A stretch of 64,000 bases of DNA, taken from the NCBI GenBank assembly GCA_963677655.1, contig OY782089.1, one strand, 5' to 3'. This document shows, one piece after another, positions 8,717-17,828 of this stretch. The position numbers and the translations under genes are program-made. The notes under the pieces were generated by a model. That model saw only the letters and a program-made list of their open reading frames with translations, was not told the DNA's origin and did not search any database. The DNA is from an uncultured Saccharicrinis sp. (GTDB lineage: Bacteria > Bacteroidota > Bacteroidia > Bacteroidales > Marinilabiliaceae). Each line of letters begins with the position of its first letter. Within the stretch, counting starts at the first letter, position 1.

Positions 8717-11464
8717 TTACTTTTTAATTCTAATCTCCCTTAATTCTCCAGCTTCAAACTGTTTTTTCTTTTTACCTGCTTGAACAGTTATTTCAACTTC
8801 ATTATGCAAATAAAATTTGCCATCTTTTTTCTCTAATACTACATTACCTTTTTCGGATGATTTAATTGTAATACCATTAGCTTCAAGCACAGTTCCATTA
8901 CCTATAAATAGAACAAAGTCACCATCCTTCTTATTTCCAATTAGAGCATATGCTGCATCTGTTATTATATCCTTATACTTTGCCGTTCTCTTTTCATAGG
9001 ATGAGAAAACATAATCTTCGCGTCCTGATTTATGAGTGATATGCAAACCGGCAAAGTCTTTACTCCCATTTTCATCTTCAAAGCCTTCAATACTAACAAT
9101 ACTTTTGCCTTCTGCAGATGTATAAGGTTCGTAAACTGAAATAAACGGATGTTCCCACGCTTCCCCATGCTGACGGGCTGCCAGGGTTAAATAGGGCTCG
9201 TGATCTATATCATAAGGAATCCCCCTTTTATTTTTGAATGACTTACATGGTGGTGATTTGATAGTAAATACCTCACGCCCTTCTGTTCCTTTCATCCAAA
9301 GATTCATAAACACATCCTTTTCTCCTTCCGGCATATCAATTTTCCATTCGGCCTGATAATCCTCATCTGTGTGGATCGACTTCTTATCCCACATATAATC
9401 CAGCGCATACAAATGACCTCCGGCAAAGCCCATTTCCTCGCTTGGCTCAACCTTCAAAAGATTACCTTCCGTATCTGTCAGTTGCATGGTTTGTCCTAAG
9501 TTATGGTAATAATAATCATGAAACTTATCGCCTTTACGCTGTTTCTTCGAGCGAAACACATCTACATAATAACCAGTAATTTCGCCTGTCTTTACAATAC
9601 TTACCGTACGATTTTGATCACTTTGGCTTTCGGGCTCTAAAAAATAAACATCCGAATAAGTAATATCCTTATAAAACCCTTCTTGTTGTTCCGATTTTGG
9701 ATAAGCTCCCATCAAATCAAAGGCGTGATAACTCAACATTTCAGTATATGATGAAATTCCATCCACCATAACTGTATTATGAGCCGGAAACTGTGAGTAA
9801 TATTCTAAATACAAAGGTTGAAGATAGCCTGCTCCCTTACCTGGATCAGCCCCCTGAACAAAGCCTTTTCCATACAACTCCATATTAATTCCATTGGCAT
9901 GCATATGGTTCCCTAAAGATCCATTTAAAGAAACCATCATACCATCTTTTCCGGTTCCTATACGCTGTACATGCCAGCTTACATTGGGTGCATTAAAAGT
10001 TTGCGTTATGTAGTCTCCAATATTTCCCTCTTCATAATCATTGTTGATCTGTAAAGGTTTCGATGCAAAAAATGAAGCAACATTAGCTCGTGGTTTAAAA
10101 TCCTTTGGTGCTAAATTGGCACTAGGTTCGAACAAACGATACAAAGCTGTAAATTCTTTCTCCAGCTCTGTATCATTATATTTCCGGGCAATCCGAATCA
10201 CATCTCCCATTGGTTCTGTAGAAATATGATCGTAATAAGTATCTCCAAATGCTACTATTTGTCCGTTTGGAAACAAATATTGTGGTAACATTTTAACTGC
10301 CTTATACATAACCGGCGTATAGGGCAAAATATTATGATCAAAGGTATTATCAAAGTCACGTATAAAGCTCATCATCTCCTTAGTTACACTCATAGAGTAC
10401 CCCGGACACTCGGCCCATACGCCATTTTTCTTATCGTAACCATAATCCATTAATTTGGTAAACGACCACTGACGAGCTGATGTAACATTTAAGATGTAAT
10501 CAATATAATATTCACGACCTTTACCATCTGTATAGTTGTTATTGTCCTGCAATACCATCGCTGCTTTAAGAATAACATTAGCCTGATGTAAATTCCAGTT
10601 ATTTTGAGGCACCCCGTTTTTAATAACCTGATCAGTCCATCGTTTAATGGTAACATCATAATCTGAAATTTTATCGGCGTGATTTTCCTCAATATATGGA
10701 TGCAGGAAATCATATAATTCGGAAATACTTTTTAAGGCCTTTTCATGAATCACCTGGAAACAGGTAAATCCAACCAAGGTTTGGATATGACCATTCAATA
10801 AATCGACAGGCTCTTTGCGATAGTACATTCCTGCCATATAAGTGTTATAGATATCGAATGCAAATCTGGCATAGCGCTCATCACCCTCAAGCCAGTACAC
10901 AAAAGCAGCATCGCGTGCCAGGTCAATAATTTTCTCATTAATTTTATGAATGATACCCCCGGTTTTTGATGGTTCGGCCCATTCAAATGGATGTCCTTCT
11001 TTTGTTTTATTTGGCAGATATATACCTCGCTCATCATCCATATATGGCATAATATCTTCCAATTTTGGTGTGCCATAAACTGTTGTATAATCACGAGATC
11101 CCGTAAAACGAACAGTTGGCACCGGAGCTTCTCCATCGGAGTGCGAATAATAAATACCTTTTACATACTCATTTACAGCCTTTGTTTTCCAGTGCATTTG
11201 CAAACGAGATGGCATCCATTCCGGATCATCTACATGTCGCTCTACGTATTTATCAATACGTTGGTGAATACCTGAGAGTACATCCTTTGCCCATTTTTCA
11301 TTTTGTATGGTTGATTCTAATTCTGATTTCTCATCCTGTGTTATATACAAACGCGGATATCCCTGCTTTAGTTTTTTAGGTAATGGAATTTTTGCCTGTT
11401 TCTGAGCTATAGTTAAACCAAACAAACAACTTATAAGGACAAAAATGCTTAGTCTTTTTAACAT
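8717..11464 (-). CDS. Heparinase II/III-like putative polysaccharide lyase (possibly PL40-related)
   Basis: Signal peptide. Helical N-domain with NNWNL and WAECPGYS. C-domain with GNHMHANGINMELY and AHNTVMVDG. Paralog of 56068..58923. Confidence 0.65.
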   Translation of the reverse strand: MLKRLSIFVLISCLFGLTIAQKQAKIPLPKKLKQGYPRLYITQDEKSELESTIQNEKWAKDVLSGIHQRIDKYVERHVDDPEWMPSRLQMHWKTKAVNEYVKGIYYSHSDGEAPVPTVRFTGSRDYTTVYGTPKLEDIMPYMDDERGIYLPNKTKEGHPFEWAEPSKTGGIIHKINEKIIDLARDAAFVYWLEGDERYARFAFDIYNTYMAGMYYRKEPVDLLNGHIQTLVGFTCFQVIHEKALKSISELYDFLHPYIEENHADKISDYDVTIKRWTDQVIKNGVPQNNWNLHQANVILKAAMVLQDNNNYTDGKGREYYIDYILNVTSARQWSFTKLMDYGYDKKNGVWAECPGYSMSVTKEMMSFIRDFDNTFDHNILPYTPVMYKAVKMLPQYLFPNGQIVAFGDTYYDHISTEPMGDVIRIARKYNDTELEKEFTALYRLFEPSANLAPKDFKPRANVASFFASKPLQINNDYEEGNIGDYITQTFNAPNVSWHVQRIGTGKDGMMVSLNGSLGNHMHANGINMELYGKGFVQGADPGKGAGYLQPLYLEYYSQFPAHNTVMVDGISSYTEMLSYHAFDLMGAYPKSEQQEGFYKDITYSDVYFLEPESQSDQNRTVSIVKTGEITGYYVDVFRSKKQRKGDKFHDYYYHNLGQTMQLTDTEGNLLKVEPSEEMGFAGGHLYALDYMWDKKSIHTDEDYQAEWKIDMPEGEKDVFMNLWMKGTEGREVFTIKSPPCKSFKNKRGIPYDIDHEPYLTLAARQHGEAWEHPFISVYEPYTSAEGKSIVSIEGFEDENGSKDFAGLHITHKSGREDYVFSSYEKRTAKYKDIITDAAYALIGNKKDGDFVLFIGNGTVLEANGITIKSSEKGNVVLEKKDGKFYLHNEVEITVQAGKKKKQFEAGELREIRIKK

Positions 11465-11502
11465 GATAAAAATATTTCCGGATTTATCTGAACTTGCAAA
11501 AG

Positions 11503-11568
11503 CTAAAGTATATAATCCTTAGTTTTTGAGATACGAAATTAATTCCAAAGAATGGTGTTGGTGTTGCA
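11503..11568 (-). promoter_or_regulatory. Promoter C: TGCAACA (11568-11562), TGGAATT, -7 TACTTTAG (11510-11503)
   Basis: One mismatch to TAnnTTTG; identical 59-bp spacing. Confidence 0.7.
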
Positions 11569-11590
11569 AAACCTGACTAACCCTATAATA

Positions 11591-11636
11591 AACAAAACAA
11601 AAAAGACCCGGCTATTTATACAACAACCAAGCCTTT
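11591..11636 (-). terminator. Intrinsic terminator after GH39
   Basis: Minus strand AAAGGCTTGGTTGTT-GTATA-AATAGCCGGGTCTTT: a 15-pair stem with several G-U pairs, followed by TTTGTTTTGTTT. Confidence 0.7.
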
Positions 11637-11655
11637 AGCATCTCTTTATAATTAC

Positions 11656-13296
11656 TTAGTCTATTTGCTGTATCAATAGCACATTCCAGGGAGCTATTTC
11701 TCTGTTAATGCTTAGTTTACCTTCTTTATCTGCTGTCAATATTTCGGTTTTCAGATTCTCTGCAATACCTTTCAATACTTTTATCTGCTCACGTGTTGGA
11801 GGTTCTGGCTTACCCATCTTTTCCCACGAATGGCAAACGTTACCATGATCCTTATCCAAAATTTCTACTTTAAACATGGTGCCAGGTTTCAAGTTTTCCA
11901 ATTCCAGATTAAGCTGTTTTGGTGTTCCCTGGCTCAGATATTCGTAACTCTTGTATCCGGCAGGAACTGAACCTTCATTTTCTTTTGGGTAATTGTAGGC
12001 TAAAGCTACTAACTTACCGTTTCCTGATTTACGACTAACAAATAAGTACTCATCTTTGTATAGCTTTTCGTCACCCAGTTGGTGTAGCATACGGTATGCA
12101 TGGTACGATGGTTTTACCAGTCCCTGAAAGTTAATCATACCAAACCCTCCATGAAAGATACTGGCAGCTCCTCCCTTTTCTTCAAAAATATCAGTAAAAG
12201 TCCAAAATGATAATGAATTGGTTAATCCAATACAATCCAGATTAGATTTAACGATATATGCGGCTCCAGGTAATAAGTCGTGCATACGATCCCGGCTACT
12301 AGGACTGGTATTCCATTCGGTTAAATGAATTTCAGCATTGGGATAAGCACTATTTTCAACAATTTTTTGTAACCAATGTAAATCCTCATTTAACGACTGC
12401 ATATACCGGGTTAAACCTCTGCCTTTTCCAGTTTCAGGATTAAAAGCATAATCGGTTGGATATGGGTGCGTAGTAATAAAATCAACTGGCAAATTCTCTG
12501 TTTTACAATATTTCAGAAAATCCTCAATCCATACTCCATGCCATTTCAGTGAGTTGATATCCTCAACCTCAAATATTGCTTCTGATACATTATTATCAAT
12601 AATTTCGCCATCGAAACGCGCATCAGGTACAAAGTTACTCGTTGAAGGACCACCGATTTTCAAACGCTCATCAACCGATTTAACAGCCAAAGCCGATTGT
12701 TTGTATAATTCGAAGTACTGTGATTTTTTACCATGAAAAAAGAAAGGATATAAATTCGGCTCGTTCCAAACTTCGAAATACCAGGTGAGTACCTCATCAA
12801 TTCCGTAACGATCAACAACATGCTGCGTAAAGGCTTTTATTAAATCATGCCATTGCTCAGCATAATCAGGCCCCGGCGTTACTTTTGCCTTCCACCAGAA
12901 TACTGTTTTAGAATCTTCGGCAGCAAACTGGTTTGGGAAAAAAGCCAGTTCCACAAAGGGACGAACATTCATATCAAGCAACCGGTCGAAAACATCATCT
13001 ATATATTGCCAGTTGTAAACCAACTTACCCTTTTGGGTTAATACCGGAAACATATCTTCATGAAAAAGACCATGAAAGCGAACGTATTCAAAGCCACAGT
13101 TTTGCTGTACTTTTTCCATTTGTTCCAACCAACCGGCACGCAGCGCTTCATTGGCACGCCCTGCTCCAACACATTTACTCCAAAAGTGATCAAACTTTTC
13201 ACCTGTGGCAGTGGCATCAATCGTTACAATCTTTTGTGCGTTTATTATTTGAGATAGCATTATTGCTACCAGTACAAAAGGAAATTTTAATTTCAT
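11656..13296 (-). CDS. GH39 glycoside hydrolase (beta-xylosidase-like)
   Basis: YVRFHGLFH, FEVWNEPNL (acid/base), VDFITTHPY, HLTEWN (nucleophile). Confidence 0.9.
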   Translation of the reverse strand: MKLKFPFVLVAIMLSQIINAQKIVTIDATATGEKFDHFWSKCVGAGRANEALRAGWLEQMEKVQQNCGFEYVRFHGLFHEDMFPVLTQKGKLVYNWQYIDDVFDRLLDMNVRPFVELAFFPNQFAAEDSKTVFWWKAKVTPGPDYAEQWHDLIKAFTQHVVDRYGIDEVLTWYFEVWNEPNLYPFFFHGKKSQYFELYKQSALAVKSVDERLKIGGPSTSNFVPDARFDGEIIDNNVSEAIFEVEDINSLKWHGVWIEDFLKYCKTENLPVDFITTHPYPTDYAFNPETGKGRGLTRYMQSLNEDLHWLQKIVENSAYPNAEIHLTEWNTSPSSRDRMHDLLPGAAYIVKSNLDCIGLTNSLSFWTFTDIFEEKGGAASIFHGGFGMINFQGLVKPSYHAYRMLHQLGDEKLYKDEYLFVSRKSGNGKLVALAYNYPKENEGSVPAGYKSYEYLSQGTPKQLNLELENLKPGTMFKVEILDKDHGNVCHSWEKMGKPEPPTREQIKVLKGIAENLKTEILTADKEGKLSINREIAPWNVLLIQQID

Positions 13297-13307
13297 ATCT
13301 ATATTAT

Positions 13308-16300
13308 TTATAACACATTAACTTTTATGGTTCGTACTTCATCATTACTCCGTACAATTACTAAATATGTACCTTTTGGGAAATCTTTAAAGCTAATTTC
13401 CTCCTGAACATCTCCAACATTAAGCTCTCGGCTTATAATTACCTTACCTAATAAATTAACTACACTTATCTCGATGGCATTTAATCCATCAACTTCAATA
13501 GTTAGTTTATCTATAATTGGATTTGGATATACTTTAACGTTTATGCTTTCTTTATGATCGAATATTCCTATCATACTCTCTTTTGTAACTACTAATTGAG
13601 GTAGGTTATCATTAGCTTCTTTACTATTAAAGCCAATATTATTTTTATTAACAGAAGCATCTGTAATTACAAAACTCGCAAGATCATCAGTAGTAAGCTG
13701 ATCTTCAACATAAGCTGTTACATCCCACTCGTAATACACACCTTCAGCATCTGCAGATATCCTGGTTATCTCATCATTTATAGCGGGTGCATTATTAAAG
13801 GTCAGGGTCCCTTCATTCCAATCATCCGAAGTCTCAGAAGCAACTAATTCGCTTGCTCCGGAATTAGTTGCATAAAGCCTCAAAACTGCCTTTTCAATTC
13901 TATCACCAGCATCATATACATCAAACTGAAGGTAAGTCTTTCGTAAATAATCGTTATTTGAGGTCTGTTTTACTAATAACCCAGTTTCACTTCCATAATT
14001 ATCATTGGCATAAGATCCTCCCCTTATAAATGAATCGTGTATAGGAGTTAATGTAAGCAACAGGGAATTCTCATCAAAACCATCTGATTTTTCAACCGTT
14101 AATATCTGGCTTGCTTCAGTACCATTATAGATCTCGTTTCCAGACTGGATAGCTGTAATCACACAAGTACCATCACCTACTATTATAATTCTGTTATCGG
14201 TAATTTTAGCTATGTTGATATTTGAACTCGTATATTCAAGCGCTAACCCGGAATTTACCGTTGCTCCCGGAAAGAAACTGGCATCCCCTACTTTTTTAAC
14301 CGGGAACTCCGGAAAAGTAATTTGCTGATCGGCCTTGATCACGGTTAAAATCCTGACAACACTTTCTGCTGCATTATAAATTATAGATTCTCCGATTGAT
14401 GCTGTAATGGAAGTTGTTCCAATTCCTTGAAGTGCAATTTGACCATCTACTATTTTAGCAACATCAGTATTTGAGCTGGTATATGAAATACCCATACCTG
14501 AAGTGGAAGTTGCACGCGGAACTATGAGGTTTGTGGTATATTTTACTGTGCCCAAATCTGGAAATGTAATGCTTTGATCATATTTCTCAGACTCATTTCC
14601 TTCCAACACCTCTACCTCAGCCAATGAAAGAGATCCGGTACCATTTAGCTGAATCTTCACAATCTTTCCCCTAACCCCACCTGCATCAATTTCAATTGAC
14701 GGGTTTGGTGCTGAAGTACAGGTTTGTGTAAAAGTAACCTTACCCTCTGAATCAATAACCGAGACCGTAAAATTTGATAACAGAGACTTGCAACATTCAT
14801 CCGTCCTGTTATAGATATTTATTATTCCAATAGCATCTTCTGTATTAAGATCCAGCTTCCACCAGGGATTCTCTTCGCTTTGGGTAAGCGTAACTGATCC
14901 ATTACCCCATATCCCATTTGTATTATCATTAATGGCTCTGTATGCCTCGCCGCCACTTTCGGTAGTAGACTGCGAAGCCGTACCACTTAAGGCAAGATTA
15001 TCGGCTGCATCCTTAACATTAAAAATGTAACAGTTAATTCCTTCGCCACCAATGCTTGTTTCAAAGGTATTGCCTAATGGCTGAAGTGTTGTTTCCAAAC
15101 CTGTTACAGGAGTTTCATCTGTCCAGTAATGCAATTTTACATCTCCTTCAATTTTAAAGGCATCAACCCCTATCGGGAAACTAGAAAATGCTGATGTACC
15201 TTCATTAATTACCCATAAAACAACCTGATTCTCTTTACGAAAAGCAATGGTATATACCTTTGACATTGATGCAATATCTGAAGTAACATACCGACTGTTA
15301 AGAATATTGTTTGAAAATTGTTTCATCAGGTAATAGCCACGCTTACGTGTCCCTGTACCTCCAGCAGGAAAATAAATAGCACGTGTTTCTTTATCTATAC
15401 CCCTAGACCAAATCTCGAAAAATATTTCACCACACAGTCCTGACTCATAGCGGTTGGCTTTCTTAATGTACTCACCTATCTGCTTGTACATAGGACGCTC
15501 TTCTCCATAAGTAGGAGAACCGCTACCTGTACTGGTTTCATCGTCGTACATGGACTTTCCAAGCTCATTTGACATGTCAATGATCTCAACCCATTTTTCT
15601 TTGGATTCATTATCGTAATTATGACTGCAAAAGGAGTGGTAAAGGTCTTTTGAACCTAAACTCTTTACATGATTCAAATAGGTAATCCCTTGCGAAATAC
15701 TCCAAAAGCCCTGATCACTTATAACAGGTCTCTCAATTCCCCGGGCATCAAGTTCGCTGAACATCTTAGCTGCTATATCAACAACCTTTTCAGCCTTTAC
15801 AAACCACATCCATTCTTTTGCTATTGAGATTATAGAAATAGGCACACCTTGCTGACTCATATACTCACAATAATCAGCCAGAAATATTCCATACTTCTCG
15901 CGCTCCATAACTTTTGTATTATAATTTATAATCCAGTCAGGAAGGTTATTATCATCCCCATAACCATCGTAGTCCGAACGCATGGTGGCAAAGAAGCGGA
16001 TATCAGGATTTACCGCTTTAATGGCTTTCATGGTTTCCACCTGTTTATCGTAAAAAGACCAGTTTTTCGTACCTTCAACAAGTTCCTGGTTTTTATCATA
16101 CTGTACCCGACATACATTAAAGTTGATATCCTTAAATCCCCACTCTATTATCTCCTGGGTATTTTTCGCATTTTGCACAGCTTTGGAACTCCGTTCCATA
16201 TCACCCCCTATCATATCGATAGTTTGTTTATAGTTACTTGTATTTACTATGATAGACTGCCCAGATACAAATATGCTTTGTATAAATAAGCAAAGGGTTA

Positions 16301-16328
16301 TGGTTGATAATAATATAGATTTTTTCAT
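13308..16328 (-). CDS. T9SS-secreted multimodular protein: GH30-like TIM barrel, F-type lectin (CBM47-like), 2 Ig-like repeats, DNRLRE-like domain, T9SS CTD
   Basis: QTIDMIGGD N-terminal strand; NLALSGTASQS...NPWWKLDL...NRTDECC; two DQxITFP...TSSN repeats; LTPIHDSFIRGGSYANDNYG; VKVYPNP...PKGTYLV C-terminus. Confidence 0.75.
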   Translation of the reverse strand: MKKSILLSTITLCLFIQSIFVSGQSIIVNTSNYKQTIDMIGGDMERSSKAVQNAKNTQEIIEWGFKDINFNVCRVQYDKNQELVEGTKNWSFYDKQVETMKAIKAVNPDIRFFATMRSDYDGYGDDNNLPDWIINYNTKVMEREKYGIFLADYCEYMSQQGVPISIISIAKEWMWFVKAEKVVDIAAKMFSELDARGIERPVISDQGFWSISQGITYLNHVKSLGSKDLYHSFCSHNYDNESKEKWVEIIDMSNELGKSMYDDETSTGSGSPTYGEERPMYKQIGEYIKKANRYESGLCGEIFFEIWSRGIDKETRAIYFPAGGTGTRKRGYYLMKQFSNNILNSRYVTSDIASMSKVYTIAFRKENQVVLWVINEGTSAFSSFPIGVDAFKIEGDVKLHYWTDETPVTGLETTLQPLGNTFETSIGGEGINCYIFNVKDAADNLALSGTASQSTTESGGEAYRAINDNTNGIWGNGSVTLTQSEENPWWKLDLNTEDAIGIINIYNRTDECCKSLLSNFTVSVIDSEGKVTFTQTCTSAPNPSIEIDAGGVRGKIVKIQLNGTGSLSLAEVEVLEGNESEKYDQSITFPDLGTVKYTTNLIVPRATSTSGMGISYTSSNTDVAKIVDGQIALQGIGTTSITASIGESIIYNAAESVVRILTVIKADQQITFPEFPVKKVGDASFFPGATVNSGLALEYTSSNINIAKITDNRIIIVGDGTCVITAIQSGNEIYNGTEASQILTVEKSDGFDENSLLLTLTPIHDSFIRGGSYANDNYGSETGLLVKQTSNNDYLRKTYLQFDVYDAGDRIEKAVLRLYATNSGASELVASETSDDWNEGTLTFNNAPAINDEITRISADAEGVYYEWDVTAYVEDQLTTDDLASFVITDASVNKNNIGFNSKEANDNLPQLVVTKESMIGIFDHKESINVKVYPNPIIDKLTIEVDGLNAIEISVVNLLGKVIISRELNVGDVQEEISFKDFPKGTYLVIVRSNDEVRTIKVNVL

Positions 16329-16602
16329 AAATATTATTGCTGATCGTAAGTCTCAAAAGTTTTATTCTATTTTGAAGAGGTATAGAGCGATTCTTACCTC
16401 AAGATGTTTATACAGAACCGCTCCATCTTATACCAATTGTATAATAAAATGTGCTGAAAGCCATTTTGCTTATTACAATGGTAAATGCCGATATAATAAT
16501 GATTAGTGTAAAGGAACATAATGAACTTGACGCTATATTCATTATATAATCGGTATTACTTTCTGAACCGAGTACTGATTATAATTTGTAAACTTCAAGA
16601 TT

Positions 16603-17691
16603 TCACTTCAGCTTAATTACCATATTCCATGTTTTGGTTCCGTTCCCAAATCCTCCCGGGCCATCCATAGCTGCAAAGAAAATGTGGGTGGGTTTTCCGT
16701 TTTCTACAAAAACAAAAGGTCGCTCCAGCTGCCCTTGCTTTATTTCTTTCCCATTATCCCATTTTACGTTACGGGTATAGGCCAAAGGATTCTTATCTAA
16801 TTTCCAATGAATGCCATCTTTAGAATGAGCCAATACACCCCCATGATGACTCCCATTTATTTGTCCTGTCATATCCTTTGCTATCATATGATATCCATCC
16901 TCATCACTCCACAAATGAGGATCTTCCACCTCCCCAAACTTGTCTTTTGAAAACAAAGGTTCGTCTCCCATCACGGTATATTTGCCATCATAAGAGGGAG
17001 CTGTTGCCACCCCTATAAACTGGTTGGTTTGTTTTAAACCATCTTCTTTGTAGCTTCTTCCCTTAAACAGGAGCACAACAGATCCATCTTCCTTAATTAA
17101 TGGTGAAGGATTTGAAGTTAAAAAGCTATAAAAAGAATTTGGTTTTACATCCAAAATGGGAGCATCCAAACGTTTCCAGGGCCCATAAGGACTTTTTGAT
17201 GTGGCTATGCCTACCCTTTTACCCCATCTGCCTGCAATACACCATTTACTAGATAAAGTAAGTTCACTGGCATTCTCTTCTGTTACTTCTTCAAAAGGAT
17301 GGGTTGAGCCCATGTAGTATAGAATATAGGTATCCTTATATTTAACAATTTTCGGATTATGACACGAACGTCCATCCCAGTATTGAGCTCCCCTTGCACC
17401 TAAAGCAACTTCACTAAACTTATAAGGACCTTCCGGAGTTTCAGAAACTGCATGTACAATTTCGGAGGCAATCATCCATCCCGGGTGAAATTTTAAATAC
17501 TTTGGCCAGCGTGATGCATACATATGATATTTGCCATCTTCGCCTTTAATTACTGAGCTTCCCCAAACCCAGTAGTCTTTCATTTCAAGTCCACCTCCAA
17601 CAGGGGCTTCATCTAAATTACTATAAATGTTATTTTGAGCGTATGTGTTTAATGTAAACGCCGCAATTATTAATACTAGAATTGTTTTCAT
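16603..17691 (-). CDS. Five-bladed beta-propeller glycoside hydrolase-like protein (paralog of 3209..4324)
   Basis: WVWGSSVIKGEDGKYHMYASRW, HNP, SNPSP, VEDP, ERP; signal peptide. Confidence 0.75.
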   Translation of the reverse strand: MKTILVLIIAAFTLNTYAQNNIYSNLDEAPVGGGLEMKDYWVWGSSVIKGEDGKYHMYASRWPKYLKFHPGWMIASEIVHAVSETPEGPYKFSEVALGARGAQYWDGRSCHNPKIVKYKDTYILYYMGSTHPFEEVTEENASELTLSSKWCIAGRWGKRVGIATSKSPYGPWKRLDAPILDVKPNSFYSFLTSNPSPLIKEDGSVVLLFKGRSYKEDGLKQTNQFIGVATAPSYDGKYTVMGDEPLFSKDKFGEVEDPHLWSDEDGYHMIAKDMTGQINGSHHGGVLAHSKDGIHWKLDKNPLAYTRNVKWDNGKEIKQGQLERPFVFVENGKPTHIFFAAMDGPGGFGNGTKTWNMVIKLK

Positions 17692-17828
17692 ATTTTCGAT
17701 TTATTGGTTATTACATTAGATCATTAGACAAAAGACCGACTTCAAAGACACTCAAAACCATCAGGTTAACAAACACACTTTAACTTAACTGACTTATTAG
17801 TCACTGCAAGGCACTAATTAATTACCAA

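Noticed and set aside
17743-17809. Possible seventh motif promoter (TGTCTTTG with CACTGCA at the 59-bp slot)
   Set aside because: Both elements are mismatched (-7 lacks the conserved A; box 4/7), so it is not distinguishable from chance.
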